DNA of 64,000 nucleotides from the human T2T-CHM13v2.0 reference genome, Homo sapiens (GCF_009914755.1 NC_060931.1), one strand, 5' to 3'; shown: positions 1 to 20,149, numbered from the stretch's first letter. Made by a program: numbers and translations. The notes: a model not told the origin generated them from the sequence alone.

Positions 1-309
<309 letters not shown>

Positions 310-310
310 G

Positions 311-865
311 GTATTTTGTCTTAAACACACTTTTACAACCTGGCCAGTCTGAGAATTTTTCAAATCTTTATTCTGCCTCCCTTTTTATTATAAATTCTGT
401 CTTTAGTTAATCCCTCTCTTGTTGCATTTTACTATCAGCAGTTAAGAGCAACCATGTAGCACCCTGAACACTTTGCTCAGAGATTTCCTCCAACAAATAT
501 ATTAGTTCATCACTCTTGAATTCTACTTTCCACAAAGTAGTAGGACATGAACAAAATTCAGCTAAGTTCTTTGCCATTTTGTAACAAGGATGACCTTTTC
601 TCTGGTTTCCAATAAAATATTTCTCATTTCTGTTTAAGACCTCATCAGAATTGCCTTTACCATCCACATTTTTACCACCTTCTGATTATGACCACATACG
701 TAATCTCTAAAAACATTAAGGCTGTCCCTGCAGCTTTCCTTTTCTTCTGAGCCTTCACCAGAATAGCCCTTTACAGACCAGCCTCTACCTATTAGTCAGT
801 TTCAAAGCTGCTTTCACATTTTTAGTTTTTGGTTATACAAACACCCGACTCCTGGTACCAATTCC
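311..865 (-). mobile_element. MaLR internal region fragment (MST/MLT1A-int)
   Basis: Minus strand begins GGAATTGGTACCAGGAGT directly after the LTR; ORF 407-667 (GNSDEVLNRNEK...KGHPCYKMAKNLAEFCSCP) resembles the decayed MaLR ORF. Confidence 0.75.
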
Positions 866-1266
866 TGTCTCACTCTGTTTGTGCTGCTATAATAAAATAC
901 CTGAGACTGGATAATCTATATAAATAATAGAAATTTATTTCTAATAGTCTGCAAGCTGGGAATGCAAAGATTAAGGCACCAGCAGGTTTAGTGTCTGGGG
1001 AGGGCCCCAGTCTTTTCTTCTAAGATGGTGCCTTGAACACCATGTCCTCACATAGCAGAAGAGCTGGACGGGCAATAAAGGGCCTACACTAGTTCTTTCC
1101 AGCCCCTTTGTAAGGCACTAATTCATTCACAAGGGTAGAGCCCTCATGAGTTCACAAGGATAAAGCTCTCAATCACTTACCCCAAAAGGCCCCACCTCCT
1201 AATACCACTACAATGGAGATGTTCAACATGAATTCTGGAGGGGATACCATCATTCACATCATAGCA
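866..1266 (-). mobile_element. ERVL-MaLR LTR (MLT1A/MSTD-like), 5' LTR
   Basis: Plus strand tgtctcactctgtttgtgctgctataataaaatacctgagactgg...aaaggccccacctcctaatacc...catagca is the typical reverse complement of a MaLR LTR. Confidence 0.8.
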
Positions 1267-1298
1267 AGGCCGTAGATAGGCCCACACACCACCCCTCA

Positions 1299-1905
<607 letters not shown>

Positions 1906-2262
1906 CTATTGAAAAATCTATTGAGCTTCTTCAGGCAGTGTTTTAGAAGCGAGACATAGATCAGAGAACAAGACAGACCAGAGCTCTGCCCTCATGGGGG
2001 CACCCAGCTGGAACGGTATGAGAAGTTGGAGAGAGATAATTTCAGTCATCAGAGGTGACAGGAACCGCCAGGTCCCACAGGGCTTCAGATGGAGAAAACC
2101 TAGACAGACTGTTTCTCAGAGCTGAATGTTGCTTTCAGGGAGCTTGAGCAGGAGACCCAGAGGTCCAAAAGAATTGTGGAGCACTTCTAAGGAGGTCCCA
2201 GCAGTCAGGGGACTGGAGATCCAGGGCAAGCTTCTGAACAAATTAGAAAGTGGCCCTGCTCG

Positions 2263-2905
<643 letters not shown>

Positions 2906-3320
2906 CTATGTCTGTCCTCTCAGGTTCCTGGAATGCTTTCCCCCTGGGCCACTTAAGATACAGGGGTCTGGGGCAGGGGCCAGGTCGTGCTCCTGACCTC
3001 AGGTGATCTGCCCACCTTGGCCTCCCAAAGTGCTGGGATTACAGGCATGAGCCACCGCGCTTGGCCTAAATTAACACTTTCATCTTTGATGCACCCTCTG
3101 GTCCCATGACTGCCTGGGCATTCCCAAGGTCCCTCCCCCAAAACTTTCCTTTTTCCTTTTCTCAGGAGTCCCCTTCTACACTCTAGTTATGTCACTGCAG
3201 AGGCCTTCTCTGTCACATGCACCTCTCAAGGGGCTGGTGGAGAGAGGCAGGCAGCTCAGGGACAGCGGGGCTATGGGGACAACTTCCAGATCATAGAGAC
3301 GGGAGCCTTGTGCCTCTTTA

Positions 3321-3920
<600 letters not shown>

Positions 3921-4413
3921 ATTTTAAGCCACACAAACACCACTTAAGTGTCTGTCCACCCCTGCGAGGAGCTGAGGTGGTCCCTGTAGTCCTGACCAGC
4001 TTCCTAGTTCCTGGAGGATCCCCAGGTTGGGCTAAGTCCTCAGGGCCAGGGTCACCTGGGAGGGTAGGGGGTAGGCTGTCCCTGGGCTGGGGGCCTCAGC
4101 TGAGGGATCAGAAACAGGTCATCTGCGAGCTTTCCCGGGGCTCTGAGAAGTCATGGCCCCACCGCCTCCATGTGAGCCTGCATTCTCTGCTCATTTATTT
4201 ATTTTCAGAGCAGGAAAGTGGATTTGAAACGCTCCTTCTGAATGTTTACCCCTGGGGGAATGTCGGGTTTATGAATAATGCAGCATGTCAGGGACTGGGG
4301 GCCCCGTCGGGCTCCATCCTGTCCCAGGAAGGCTGGGAAGTTGCCACAGACGGGCCCTGGACAGATTCCTGCCCCACCACTTGCTGCTCTGTGAGTCTCG
4401 GCGAGTCTCTCTA

Positions 4414-5826
<1,413 letters not shown>

Positions 5827-6870
5827 GACAAAAAAGAAAGAAAGAAAGAAAGAAAGAATCCTTTGGAGCAGGGTGGAGAGTCAGGCTGGGAGCAGCGGAG
5901 GAGCCACAGGGCCACAGGACCCCAGGCACACGGCACCCCTGTCTCCACCCCCTCCTTCAAGCTCTGAGAGGCAGTGACCTCACGCTACTTCCTATCACAA
6001 TATTTACCAACAGCGCTGCAATTGAGCCAGGCAGCTTGGCAATTATAATCATGTTATCATTATTGCTGATAATCCTGATCATAAGCATAAATTATAAACA
6101 GGATCAAGCCGCAGCGGGTAGGAGCAGGCGGCGGAGACACCTCTGGGAGGGTGTGGGAGTGAGACTGGCCTCCCTTCCCACTCAGCCCCTCCTGGCCCCT
6201 CCTGCTTCTGGCCAAGTATTCCCTCCTGAGGTCCGGCCCAGGGATACTGACCATGACTCCAGGTGGGCCTTTTCCTGCCAGGGTCCCGGGGCTGTCCTGA
6301 CCACCTCTCACGGAGCCCCGCTATGCCTCACACAAACTATTAAGGTGCAATTATTGCGGAGACGGTCGTTCCAAATTGATCTTTCAGTTACTCCACAGCT
6401 GCAACCATGGAGACGGCCCCAGCTCAATTACATGCCTCTCTCTGTTCTTTAAAGATTGCAGCGGAGGAGAATCGGAGAAGAATGAGGCAGTGGTACCGGG
6501 CGCAGGGATGCCGAGAGGCAGAGGCGACGGAGCCACAGACGCGGGATGGGGGCAGATAGAAAGCAGGGAATATGGAGACCCCCAGAGACAGAGAGACAGA
6601 GACGGCAGAACTAACCGAAATGGAGAGACAAGCTCAGAGATACCCCAGGAGAGACACAGACCAGAGACAGAGAGAGACAACAGATCTGAGGTAGCTGGGA
6701 GAGATACAGGGTCAGAGATGGAGGTCAGGGAATGACAGAGAGCTGATGTAGACAGACAGACAAAGGCAGAGAGATTGGAAGCAAGAGGGCTGCACAGGAA
6801 GGATCAGAGGCCAAGGCAGAAACAAGGGACTGGAAACAGAAGCCCCTCTATATCCCCTACATCTTTTTAA

Positions 6871-7197
<327 letters not shown>

Positions 7198-7466
7198 TAA
7201 AAGACAGCAACAAACAGGTGGAGAGAAACAGAGAAAAACAGACCAACGAGTCACCCGACAGCAGACTGATGAAGACCGTTTTCAGTCATTCATTCATGCA
7301 TTTGTTCACGCAGCAAACGTTTGCAGAGTTTACCATAGTTGGTGCCGGGCACGGGGGACGCCAAGGTGCTCACAGACTCCTCAAATCCGCCCCCACATGG
7401 AGCTTAGAGTTTAACAGGTGAGTCAGTCAGGGATCAAATAGGCACTCAAGCAACATAAAACTTTCA

Positions 7467-8315
<849 letters not shown>

Positions 8316-8749
8316 TTATTCCCATAGGGCTGGAGGGACGTGGCCTCGGCATCCCCCACTCCCTCCCCAAGCTGAATAGGGTGCCCTCTCTGGCCCCCGT
8401 GCCCAGAACCCCTTCAGCACTGCACGCACCCCACCTGCTGATCCAGAGCTCCCAGGGGCAGGGACTGGGTCTACGTGATGCCCAGCACAGAGAGGGTGCT
8501 TTGGTGGAATCATGTCTCAGGGCCAGCGTGGCCCAGTCAGATGCCAGGCCTGGCTGCTGGTCTGGGCCTGGGCAGCCGGTGACGAAGGAGCTGGTGCTGG
8601 GAGCTTGATGGCTCAGGGGACGTGTCCCCAGTAGACATGGCTGTGGGCTGGTGCTGCACAAACGTCAGTGTTTAAATGGCCCTCCAAGAACATGGAGGTC
8701 CACGTACCCCAAACTTTAATGTGCATTGGAAAAATCTGGGGACTGTGTT

Positions 8750-9997
<1,248 letters not shown>

Positions 9998-10909
9998 AAA
10001 TAGCAATGTATCAGATAAACTTGTCATCCTGAAAAGACAGGGAAAGCCAGGGAGACAGGAAAAAGGAATGGCAGGTGTCCGGCCAGGAGCCTTGAGGGCC
10101 ACACGCTGCCTCCACACACTCCTGGGCTGCTGTGGGTTTGGCCTGCTTTTGCGGTCCTGCAGTTTGCCCCCCCGGAGGGCACTGGGTTCACCATCCTCAC
10201 CTTTGGTCCTCTGTGATCACATCTGGGGCAGCAAAACCCAGGTTTCCTCTGACGTTGCCCCCAGGTGCAGAGAACGGTTATCTTGTTGGAGATGACGGGG
10301 TGGTCCCTCTACCTGCTCCCAGGTCCCCTTGGCATGTTTCCTTCAAGGAACCAAGTGAGAGGAGGGGAGAAGTGGTCCAGGATTGGGGGGAAATAAAGTG
10401 ACGCTTATAGGAGGTCAGGGATCCAGCCGTGAGCCCGAATGCCAGGGGAGCTGAAGGCTAGGTTCATATGGGCATTGCTTTCTGGTGGCCAGTTCTGCAC
10501 CGGGCCAGGAGGAAGTGGCCAGCTTGTGCCTTAGGAGTTCCTTAGGATGCCCAGGTACACACTCACTTCTGCAAATGACCTGCATCCTGCATTCCCATCT
10601 GTGAAATGGGATAGTCCCGCCCACCGGCCAGAGGGTCCTCAGTAAGGTTCAGTGAACAAGAGTGTGGATGGCAAAAGCTTTACCAGGCCTCAGTTCTGTG
10701 ACTGCGAGGCAGCGGAGAGGAAGGCGTGAGAGGGGCCTCAGTTTCCATATCTGCCTAGTAGGGGGAACCTGGCCAGAGCCCACAGGAGAAGAGCTGGGGC
10801 CTGTGAGGGGCAGAGGTGATTAGAGTCTGGCGATGTGGGGTTCTTTGCGGTCAGGGGGCTTGACAAAAGGAAAAACTTCTATGGATGGGGACAAGCCACT
10901 GGCAAGAAT

Positions 10910-11803
10910 TTCTTTTTTTTTTTTTTTTTTTTTTTTGAGACAGAGTCTTGCTCTGTCACCCAGGCTGGAGCACAGTGGTGCAATCACAGCTCACTGTCAC
11001 TGCAGCCTTGACTTACCCAAGCTCAAGCCATCCTGTCACTTCAGCCTCCTAAATAGCTGAGACTACAGGCACGCAGTACTACACCTGGCTAATTTTAAAA
11101 TTTTTTGTAGAGATGAGGACTCGCTATGTTGCCCAGGCCTGATGTTAAGTGATTCTTCTGCCTTGGCCTCCTAAAGTGTTGGGATTACAGGTGAGAGCCA
11201 GTCCAAAACCACCTTACCTTACCTTTCCTTTCCTCTATTTCTTTCCTTCTTTTCTGTCTCCCCTCCCTCCCTCCCTCCCTCCCTCCCTCCCTCCCTTCCT
11301 TCATTTCTTTTTTTGACAAGTTCTCACTATGTTGCCTAGGCTGTTTTCAAACTCCTGTGCTCAAATGATCCTCCTGTCTCGGCCTCCTACAGTGCTGGGA
11401 TTGCAGGTATGAGCCACTGCGTCTGGCCAGAATCTCACCTCTCTTTTCTTCCCCTCTCATCTCTTCTCTTCTCTTTTCTCTTCTCGTCTCTTCACTTCTC
11501 TTTCCCTTACCTCCCCTCCTGACCCCTCCCTCCCCTCCCTCTTCTTTCTTTCTTTCCTTCCTTCCTTCCTCCTCTCTCTCTTTCTTTCTTCCTTCCTTCT
11601 TTCTTTTTCTCTCTTTCCTTCCTTCCTTCCTCCTTCCCTTCCTCTCTTTTTCTTTCTCCCTCCCTCTTTTTTTTCTCTCTCTCTCTTTCTCTCTCTTTCT
11701 TAGAGACAGAGTGTCACTATGTTGCCTAAGCTGGTCTCAAACTCCTGGGCTCAAGCGATCCTCCTGCCTCAGCCTCCTAAAGTGCTTAAGCCACTGTGCC
11801 CGG
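10910..11803 (-). mobile_element. AluJ (10910-11203) and two monomeric FLAM-like Alus with pyrimidine-expanded tails
   Basis: Alu consensus. Confidence 0.8.
11436..11700 (+). repeat. Polypyrimidine (CT/CCTT/CTTT) tract
   Basis: ~260 bp almost purely C/T; a second tract lies at 11215-11310. Confidence 0.9.
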
Positions 11804-12029
11804 CAGTGTTTGCTACAGTGGGTTACAGTAACAGAACATTTTTCCACTAAACTCCTCTCTCAGTGAAGGGAGCCGTTGTTGTCCTTCTCAGGAGAAGGAA
11901 CTGAACTTGACAACAACGTGAGTGATCTTGACCTTGTCCTTAGGAAGAGCAATTCAAGCTAAAACTCTGAATTGGACTTAGTTACTAGATGAAACCAACC
12001 AATAAAACAATCAAGAACTATCCTTGATC

Positions 12030-12230
12030 GCTTACTATGCACCAGACACCACTCAAGACATTTTTCCTGCATTGTGTGTCATTTGACCCTCACAGCGATC
12101 TTACGAAGCCAGTTCTATCTTAGCTGCATTTTACAGATGAGGAAGCTGAAGCCCAGAGAGGCTGGTTGACTTGGCCTAGGATGCACGGCACATGTGGAGC
12201 CAGATGTCATTCCCAGATGTGGCCGAGCGG
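12030..12230 (-). mobile_element. MIR
   Basis: MIR core cattttacagatgaggaagctgaagcccagagagg...gacttggcc. Confidence 0.7.
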
Positions 12231-12629
12231 GGGCTGGACGTGCCAGTGTTGTACCACACTGCCACCTGCTCTCTGCCTGGGTGAGGCTGGGGTCATGCTG
12301 GCTGTTTGGCTCTCAGGGAGCAGAGAGGTCTCCCAGAGGCTGCAGGGAGCACGCCCCTTGAATCACCCCTGTTCCAGATTCTACCTGCAGAGGGCAGTAT
12401 TGAGCATACACTGATGCTTCCCTACCAAGCCTCAGTTCCTCCAAGCCCTGGGGTGTAGGACTTGGGGTCAGGGAAACATTCGGCCTTCAAACCAACTGGG
12501 CCCACGGAGGGCATGCCCTAGCCCTGACACTGCACGGGCCGGTGCAGACATCATGGGGGTACCACGAGTCAGTGCGCGGCAGCTCTATCCTTTCGCCCAG
12601 ACCCAGCAGCTCCACTCACAGGGCCACAT

Positions 12630-13659
<1,030 letters not shown>

Positions 13660-13949
13660 TCATTCCCAACCCTGACATGGCCCAACATCCTCTGTGGGCA
13701 TGAGGGCCCCTCTGCGCCCTGCCTTGTGCTGGGCACTGCAGATGTGGCCTGCCTGGGAGGAGCTCTCAGTCTGATGGGTTTGTGGGTTTCCTATAGGAGA
13801 CCTGGTCAGCCAAAGTTAACCCTCACCAAGTTCCTGGTGTGTGTCCAGAAGAGACCCCAGTGTAATTGTCTGACGGGTGTTCCTGCCGCTGCACAGGAAG
13901 AATTCACTGAGACCATGGTATTACAGCGAGAAATAGTTTTATGTTTCTT

Positions 13950-14532
<583 letters not shown>

Positions 14533-14753
14533 AAAAGCGTCTTATTAATGCAGAGCTAGCCAAGCAGTAGGACTGGAGTTATTACTCAAATAAATCTCCC
14601 CAAGAACTCAGAGGCTAGGGTTTTTATGGATAATTTGGTGGGCAAGGGCCCAGGGAATGGGTACTGCTGATTGGTTGGAGATGAAATCACAGGGGTGTGG
14701 CAAACGGTCCTTATGCACTGAGTCGGTCTCTGAGTGGGGGCCACAGGATGGGC

Positions 14754-14786
14754 TGAGTCATGAGTCACACAGGTCCAGGTGAGTCA
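14754..14786. promoter_or_regulatory. Triple AP-1 (TGAGTCA) cluster within the LTR
   Basis: TGAGTCA at 14754-14760, 14761-14767 and 14780-14786. Confidence 0.6.
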
Positions 14787-15519
14787 GTCGGTTGCCCGAA
14801 TGCGAAAGTCTGAAAAACATCTCCAAAGACCAATCTCAGTTTCCACAATAGAGATGCTATCTATAGGAGGAAGTGGGGAACTCACAAATCTTGTGATCTC
14901 TCGCCACATGACTCCTGAGCAGTCAGATTATAAAAACGATGCGTAGGTTTTAGCAGCGTCCAGGCCCCTCCCATAATCCTAATCTCACGGCCTTTCGTTA
15001 GTTTTACAAAGGTGGTTTTGGTCTCTTGTATAAAAAGCAGGTTAGGTTTAAGGAGTAACTATTATCATCCTTGTTTCAAAGTTGAACTATAAACTAAATT
15101 CCTCCCCCGGTTAGCTTGGCCTATGCCCCGGAATGAGTGAAGACAGCCAGCGCGTGAGGCTGGAAGCAAGATGGAGTCAGCCACGCTAAACTTCTGTCAC
15201 TGTCCTAATCTTTGCAAAGGCAGTTTGGCCAGGAGGCTGTGGGGAGACCTTGTGGGTTTTGCCAGGACCTGGGAGATTCTCGATCTATGTTTGGCTGTCC
15301 TTCTAAGCCAGAAGCTCCCTGGGGTTGGGGCCTGCCTGGGGTGAGTCCCTCCCTCCCTGCCATGCCCAGTCTAGCCAAGGTCTAGTTCAGGGATCAGGGC
15401 ACCACGTGGGGGAAGGACTGTGTTCCTTGTGCTGAATTAGGATTTATGGCTTTGGGGCCGGATGGGAGGCGTGCGCACTGATTCAGTAGGAGCGCTGCTG
15501 TGGTGTGTGTGTGGTTGGT

Positions 15520-15567
15520 GGGAGCGGGGCGGGCGGGGGGCGGGGGGGCTGGTTGGGGGGACAGGGG
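15520..15567 (+). promoter_or_regulatory. G-quadruplex-forming / Sp1-KLF tract upstream of promoter
   Basis: Seven runs of 3 or more G with short loops: GGGagcGGGGcGGGcGGGGGGcGGGGGGGctggttGGGGGGacaGGGG. Confidence 0.6.
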
Positions 15568-16049
15568 TAAAAGCCTATCAGAGGGAGGTCCCATCAGACA
15601 AGATGGGACCAAGAGTCCAGTTGGCTCTGCTGCGACTTTCGGCCTGTCACTGCCTTCCTGCACATCTCAGGGGTGGGAGGGGGACAAAGGCTGTAAGAGT
15701 AAGAGGTACCTGGCCCAAGCCTTAGGACTAGAACCCGGGCCAGGCGGGAGTGACCAGCCGGGACACTCAGGGCCTCCGCGCGTTCCAGCTGGGTGACCTT
15801 GACCCTCCAACTTCAGCCCCCTGCGCCCGGCTGCTCTCCCAGTGGTGGTGGGGAGCGGTGGGGGTAGACGGGGGCGCGCCCAGGCTTTTCTAATCCGGCG
15901 CTGGTGGGGGAGAACCGAGGGCGCCACCGCCCCTCCCCGCAGGTCCGGGGCCGAGGGGTGCGGCGCGCTCTCCCCACCGCGGTGCCCAGGTCCCCGGGAC
16001 GCAGGGGCGCTGGGTAGCAAGGGGGGTGCGCAGGGGCGCGGGGCGCGGG

Positions 16050-16155
16050 GCGGGCTAATCCCGTATGTAAATGGCAGCCAATGGAGGGTGGTGTTGCGCG
16101 GGGCTGGGATTAGGGCCGGGGCGAATGGCTGGCAATCTTACTGGGATTACAGAAC
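16050..16155 (+). promoter_or_regulatory. GTF2IRD1: GUR (GTF2IRD1 upstream region) autoregulatory element
   Basis: TAATCC 16056-16061, octamer-like ATGTAAAT 16065-16072, CCAAT 16078-16082, GGATTA 16107-16112 and GGATTA 16144-16149. Matches the described three-GGATTA element bound by GTF2IRD1. Confidence 0.82.
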
Positions 16156-16183
16156 AAAGAGCCTCCCCGCGCTCCCGCTCTCC

Positions 16184-16454
16184 GCTCCTCTCCCCGCGCC
16201 GCCCCGCCCTCCGCCGCAGCCCGCGCCGGGGGTGGGGGCCGCCGAGCGCCAGCCCCCCGGCCGGCCGATTCCCCCCCCGCGCCCCCTCCCCGCGCCTCCC
16301 TCCCCGCCCTCGCCGCGCCGCCGTCCTCGCCTCCCTCTGCCTCTCCTTCCCCCATTCTCCCGGATTAATTAAGGAGGCAGCGGCAGGAGGCTGAGTCCTG
16401 GCCGCGGGCCGGGGCCGGGGCGCCGCTGGCAGGAGCGCTTGGGGATCCTCCAAG
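16184..16454 (+). other. GTF2IRD1: Non-coding exon 1 (5'UTR); start approximate, end at donor AAG|gtagga
   Basis: Canonical donor GT at 16455-16456; very GC-rich; no ATG within the exon. Confidence 0.8.
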
Positions 16455-16613
16455 GTAGGAGAAACTTTTGCGGGGGGCGGGCACCGAGGCCCTTCTCCCC
16501 TTCTCCCCCACCCCCGCCCCCGATCCCCTCCGCCTCCGGGGGGGGGGGTCCCCGCCCCTCCCCCTCTCAAGGTGTTACAGGAGCTGGGGCCGGCTTTTGG
16601 GTGCCCGGGGAGG

Positions 16614-16634
16614 CACGTGACTGGGATTATAATT
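16614..16634 (+). promoter_or_regulatory. E-box (CACGTGAC, USF/MiT-TFE type) abutting GGATTA in proximal intron 1
   Basis: gCACGTGActgGGATTAtaatt; CACGTG 16614-16619, GGATTA 16624-16629. Confidence 0.5.
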
Positions 16635-18678
16635 CGGGCCCGGGGGAGGGGAGGGACGGCCGCCCCCCACCTGCCCGGGAGGGGCCGGGAGCTGGGAGCT
16701 GTCACCCCCTCCCTCCTTGCCACCGGCTCTTCTGGAGGTGGGGGGCGTCCCGGGCCGGCGCCCGCAGGCTGCTGCAGTTGGCGAATGAGGTCAGTCGCGC
16801 TGCCCGCGGTGGCGGGCGCCGGGGTGGGAGCAGAGGGGGCTGGGAAGGCCGCGGTCCCCGCCTTTCCCCCCCTCCACCTTCTCCCGGTCTGGGCCAGCCC
16901 CTGGCCCGCGCCCCCAACTCCCAGGCGGAGTCCAGTCCAGCCAGGATTGCCCCAGCAGGGTGGTTCCTGTAGTGGATCCCCCGCCCCGGCCCCGGGGAGG
17001 GGGCTGGCCTGTGTGGTGGTGGCCGCTGAATCCCGGGTGGAGGGGACTCAGAAGGTGGCAGTGGGGGGACCACAAAGGGTTCAGAGGAGTAAGTTGGGGA
17101 TACTCGGTCTGTGGGTGGTCTCTGAGTTCCTGCAGATGGGTGGAGAGGACAGAGGAGGGGCCACAGGGTGCTGAACACCCACCCGCCCCATCCTAAGTAC
17201 CCTGGGCATGATGGGCTTGACACCTCTCCTGGGCTCCTCACCCCTGGCCAGCAGCCAGGGAGTGAGACCCTGCCTCGCCTGGCGTGGGCCCAGGGAAGGG
17301 GGCCGCTGTGCCGCTGAGAGTTCGTTCCACCCTCCTGGCAGTGCTGGAGGGGGCTGGAGCTCTGGCGTCTGGCCTAGTGACCCTACCTCCCAGGACCAAG
17401 GTCCTGCGGTGGGAGTCTCCTGTGTCCCCATCCCAGCTGAAGCGAGGGTGCTGGGACATAGGGGTCTCGCTGCAGGGCCTGTGAGGGGAGCACTGACTCT
17501 TGGATGGAGAATGTGCCAAGGGGTACCCCGGGATGGCCCTGGGCCTGGCGGGTGGGAGTGGAGGGCAGGCCCCCGCAGTTTTTGGAGAAGTGGGCATTTG
17601 CTGGGGTTTCTCTTAGAAGAGGAGAGGGGTGTCTAGAAGCCACCCTGGCGCGCCGCTGCCATGGTCGGCCTCTGTGTGTCTGGCTGCCCCGTGGCCAGGA
17701 CTGTTGACTCCTTGGCACTGGCCCGGGGCCTTGGGACTTGGAAGGTGCCCCAAGCAGCTCATTTATTTCAGCAGTGTCATTCCAGAGGGGAAGGGCACCA
17801 GCATCGATTATTTATTCTAAGCAGGAGGAGGTGGCTGGAGGCTGGTGGCTGCTGGCAGGGAGGGGCTAGGTATAAGGTAGTTAGGTGGCCGTCATGAACC
17901 GCCCTATTTGGGGCCCAGGAGGGTGTGAGATAGACTCTGACCTCTTCTGAGCAGGCATCTGCGGACCAAGGGACAGGCTTGGCCCCAAGGTGACAGGGTA
18001 TCGGAACCCCCATCCTGCCTCTGGGGTGTGGGAGGCTCAAGTCCACACCTCGTTCTTCCACAGCCTGTTCTGAGGGTGACCTAGAAATTGGCAGTTCTAA
18101 CTCAGAGGGTCCCACAGGACCCCACAGAGGAAACTAGGAAGGAAGGGTTGAAACTCCGCAGCCACTCAGAGCCTGCACTCTTAAAATGTTCGAGAACTTA
18201 AGGCCGATGGTTGTAAAACTGGGTCTTGAAGACAGCTTTGTAGGGGGCACGCTAAACCTACTTAAAAGGACTGTTCTCTCGATGTTGGGAGAAGGGTCAT
18301 TTATTTGCAGTATGCTAATCACAAATAATTTTTATCTGTTCATTGAAGGCAGCCTCCCAGGAGCCCGGCTAGCCTTCTGATGAGGTGGTAGTCGTCAGCA
18401 CTTGGTGTTTGGCAATAGTCTGAGTGGCAGCTGTAATCTAGGGTCTTGGAGGTAGCTGTTTTTGCAGCCTGCTTGACTCCAGAGGCCAGGCCATCCACGG
18501 TTTGGTGACAGCTTGGTTGTTGGACCTGGGGTCTTGTGGATGGTGGGTGATGGCTTGGGACATTCACGTCCTAAGCATGACCTTGGAACCATAGACTGCA
18601 GCTCCCAGATGATTCTCATTCAGGGTCTAGTCTCTGACCACTCACTGCTTCCTCAGCCGACTCATAAATCCTGTAGTC

Positions 18679-19567
<889 letters not shown>

Positions 19568-20149
19568 AACATCCTTTCCTTCCTTTGTCCCAACATTGAT
19601 CTTACTCAGATGTTTACATCTCTCTCCCCAATTGCACTAGGGACAGGAAGGGATGGAGGCTTGCTCCTCAAATACTTGTTAAATGGCTACATGTTTGAAT
19701 GAATGAATGAATGAAATCCTGCTCTTGAGCCTTGACCTAAATGGCTAAGCAGACTCTCTCCTATTTTTCTTAAATGCTCATCTCTGGGGCAAGTTCCCCA
19801 CCCTGGTAGGAGTCCCAGGGTCTCTCCCTGAACTTCCTGGGGCCCCCTCTCTCCCCACTACCCCAGCCTGTGTCTTCTCCCAACCTTAACCCTGGGGGCT
19901 TTGCTCCCCAATGTCATCCTCTCTGTATCTCTCAGTTCTCTGACTCTCGCCGTTTGTAAGTATCTCTCTCTCAGATGCGTGGCAGCCAGGGTCACAGCCA
20001 GGTTCTTTGGGACAAGCCAGGGGTGTATGCCCAGCTCCATGGGGCCTGCAGAGGCTTCAGGGGACACCCATGGAAGAAGACCTGCAGGGCCAATTTATAA
20101 ACAGAGGAGCAGAGCAGGACCCAGGGCTTGGAATCCATGCTGAGTTACG

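Larger units (their letters stand above)
15730..17050. promoter_or_regulatory. GTF2IRD1: CpG island / TATA-less promoter of GTF2IRD1
   Basis: Very high GC with abundant undepleted CpG, many GC boxes (e.g. GGGGCGGG 16047-16054), and no interspersed repeats. Confidence 0.92.

Noticed and set aside
407-667. 86-aa ORF with protein-like composition
   Set aside because: Decayed MaLR internal ORF remnant, truncated and not a functional gene.
16404-16422. GGGGCC-like hexamers in exon 1
   Set aside because: Only about two copies; unremarkable in a CpG island.
15667-17718. Long overlapping Pro/Gly/Arg-rich ORFs (up to 222 aa) across the CpG island
   Set aside because: Expected from stop-codon depletion in very GC-rich DNA; open in several frames on both strands, and many use non-ATG starts.
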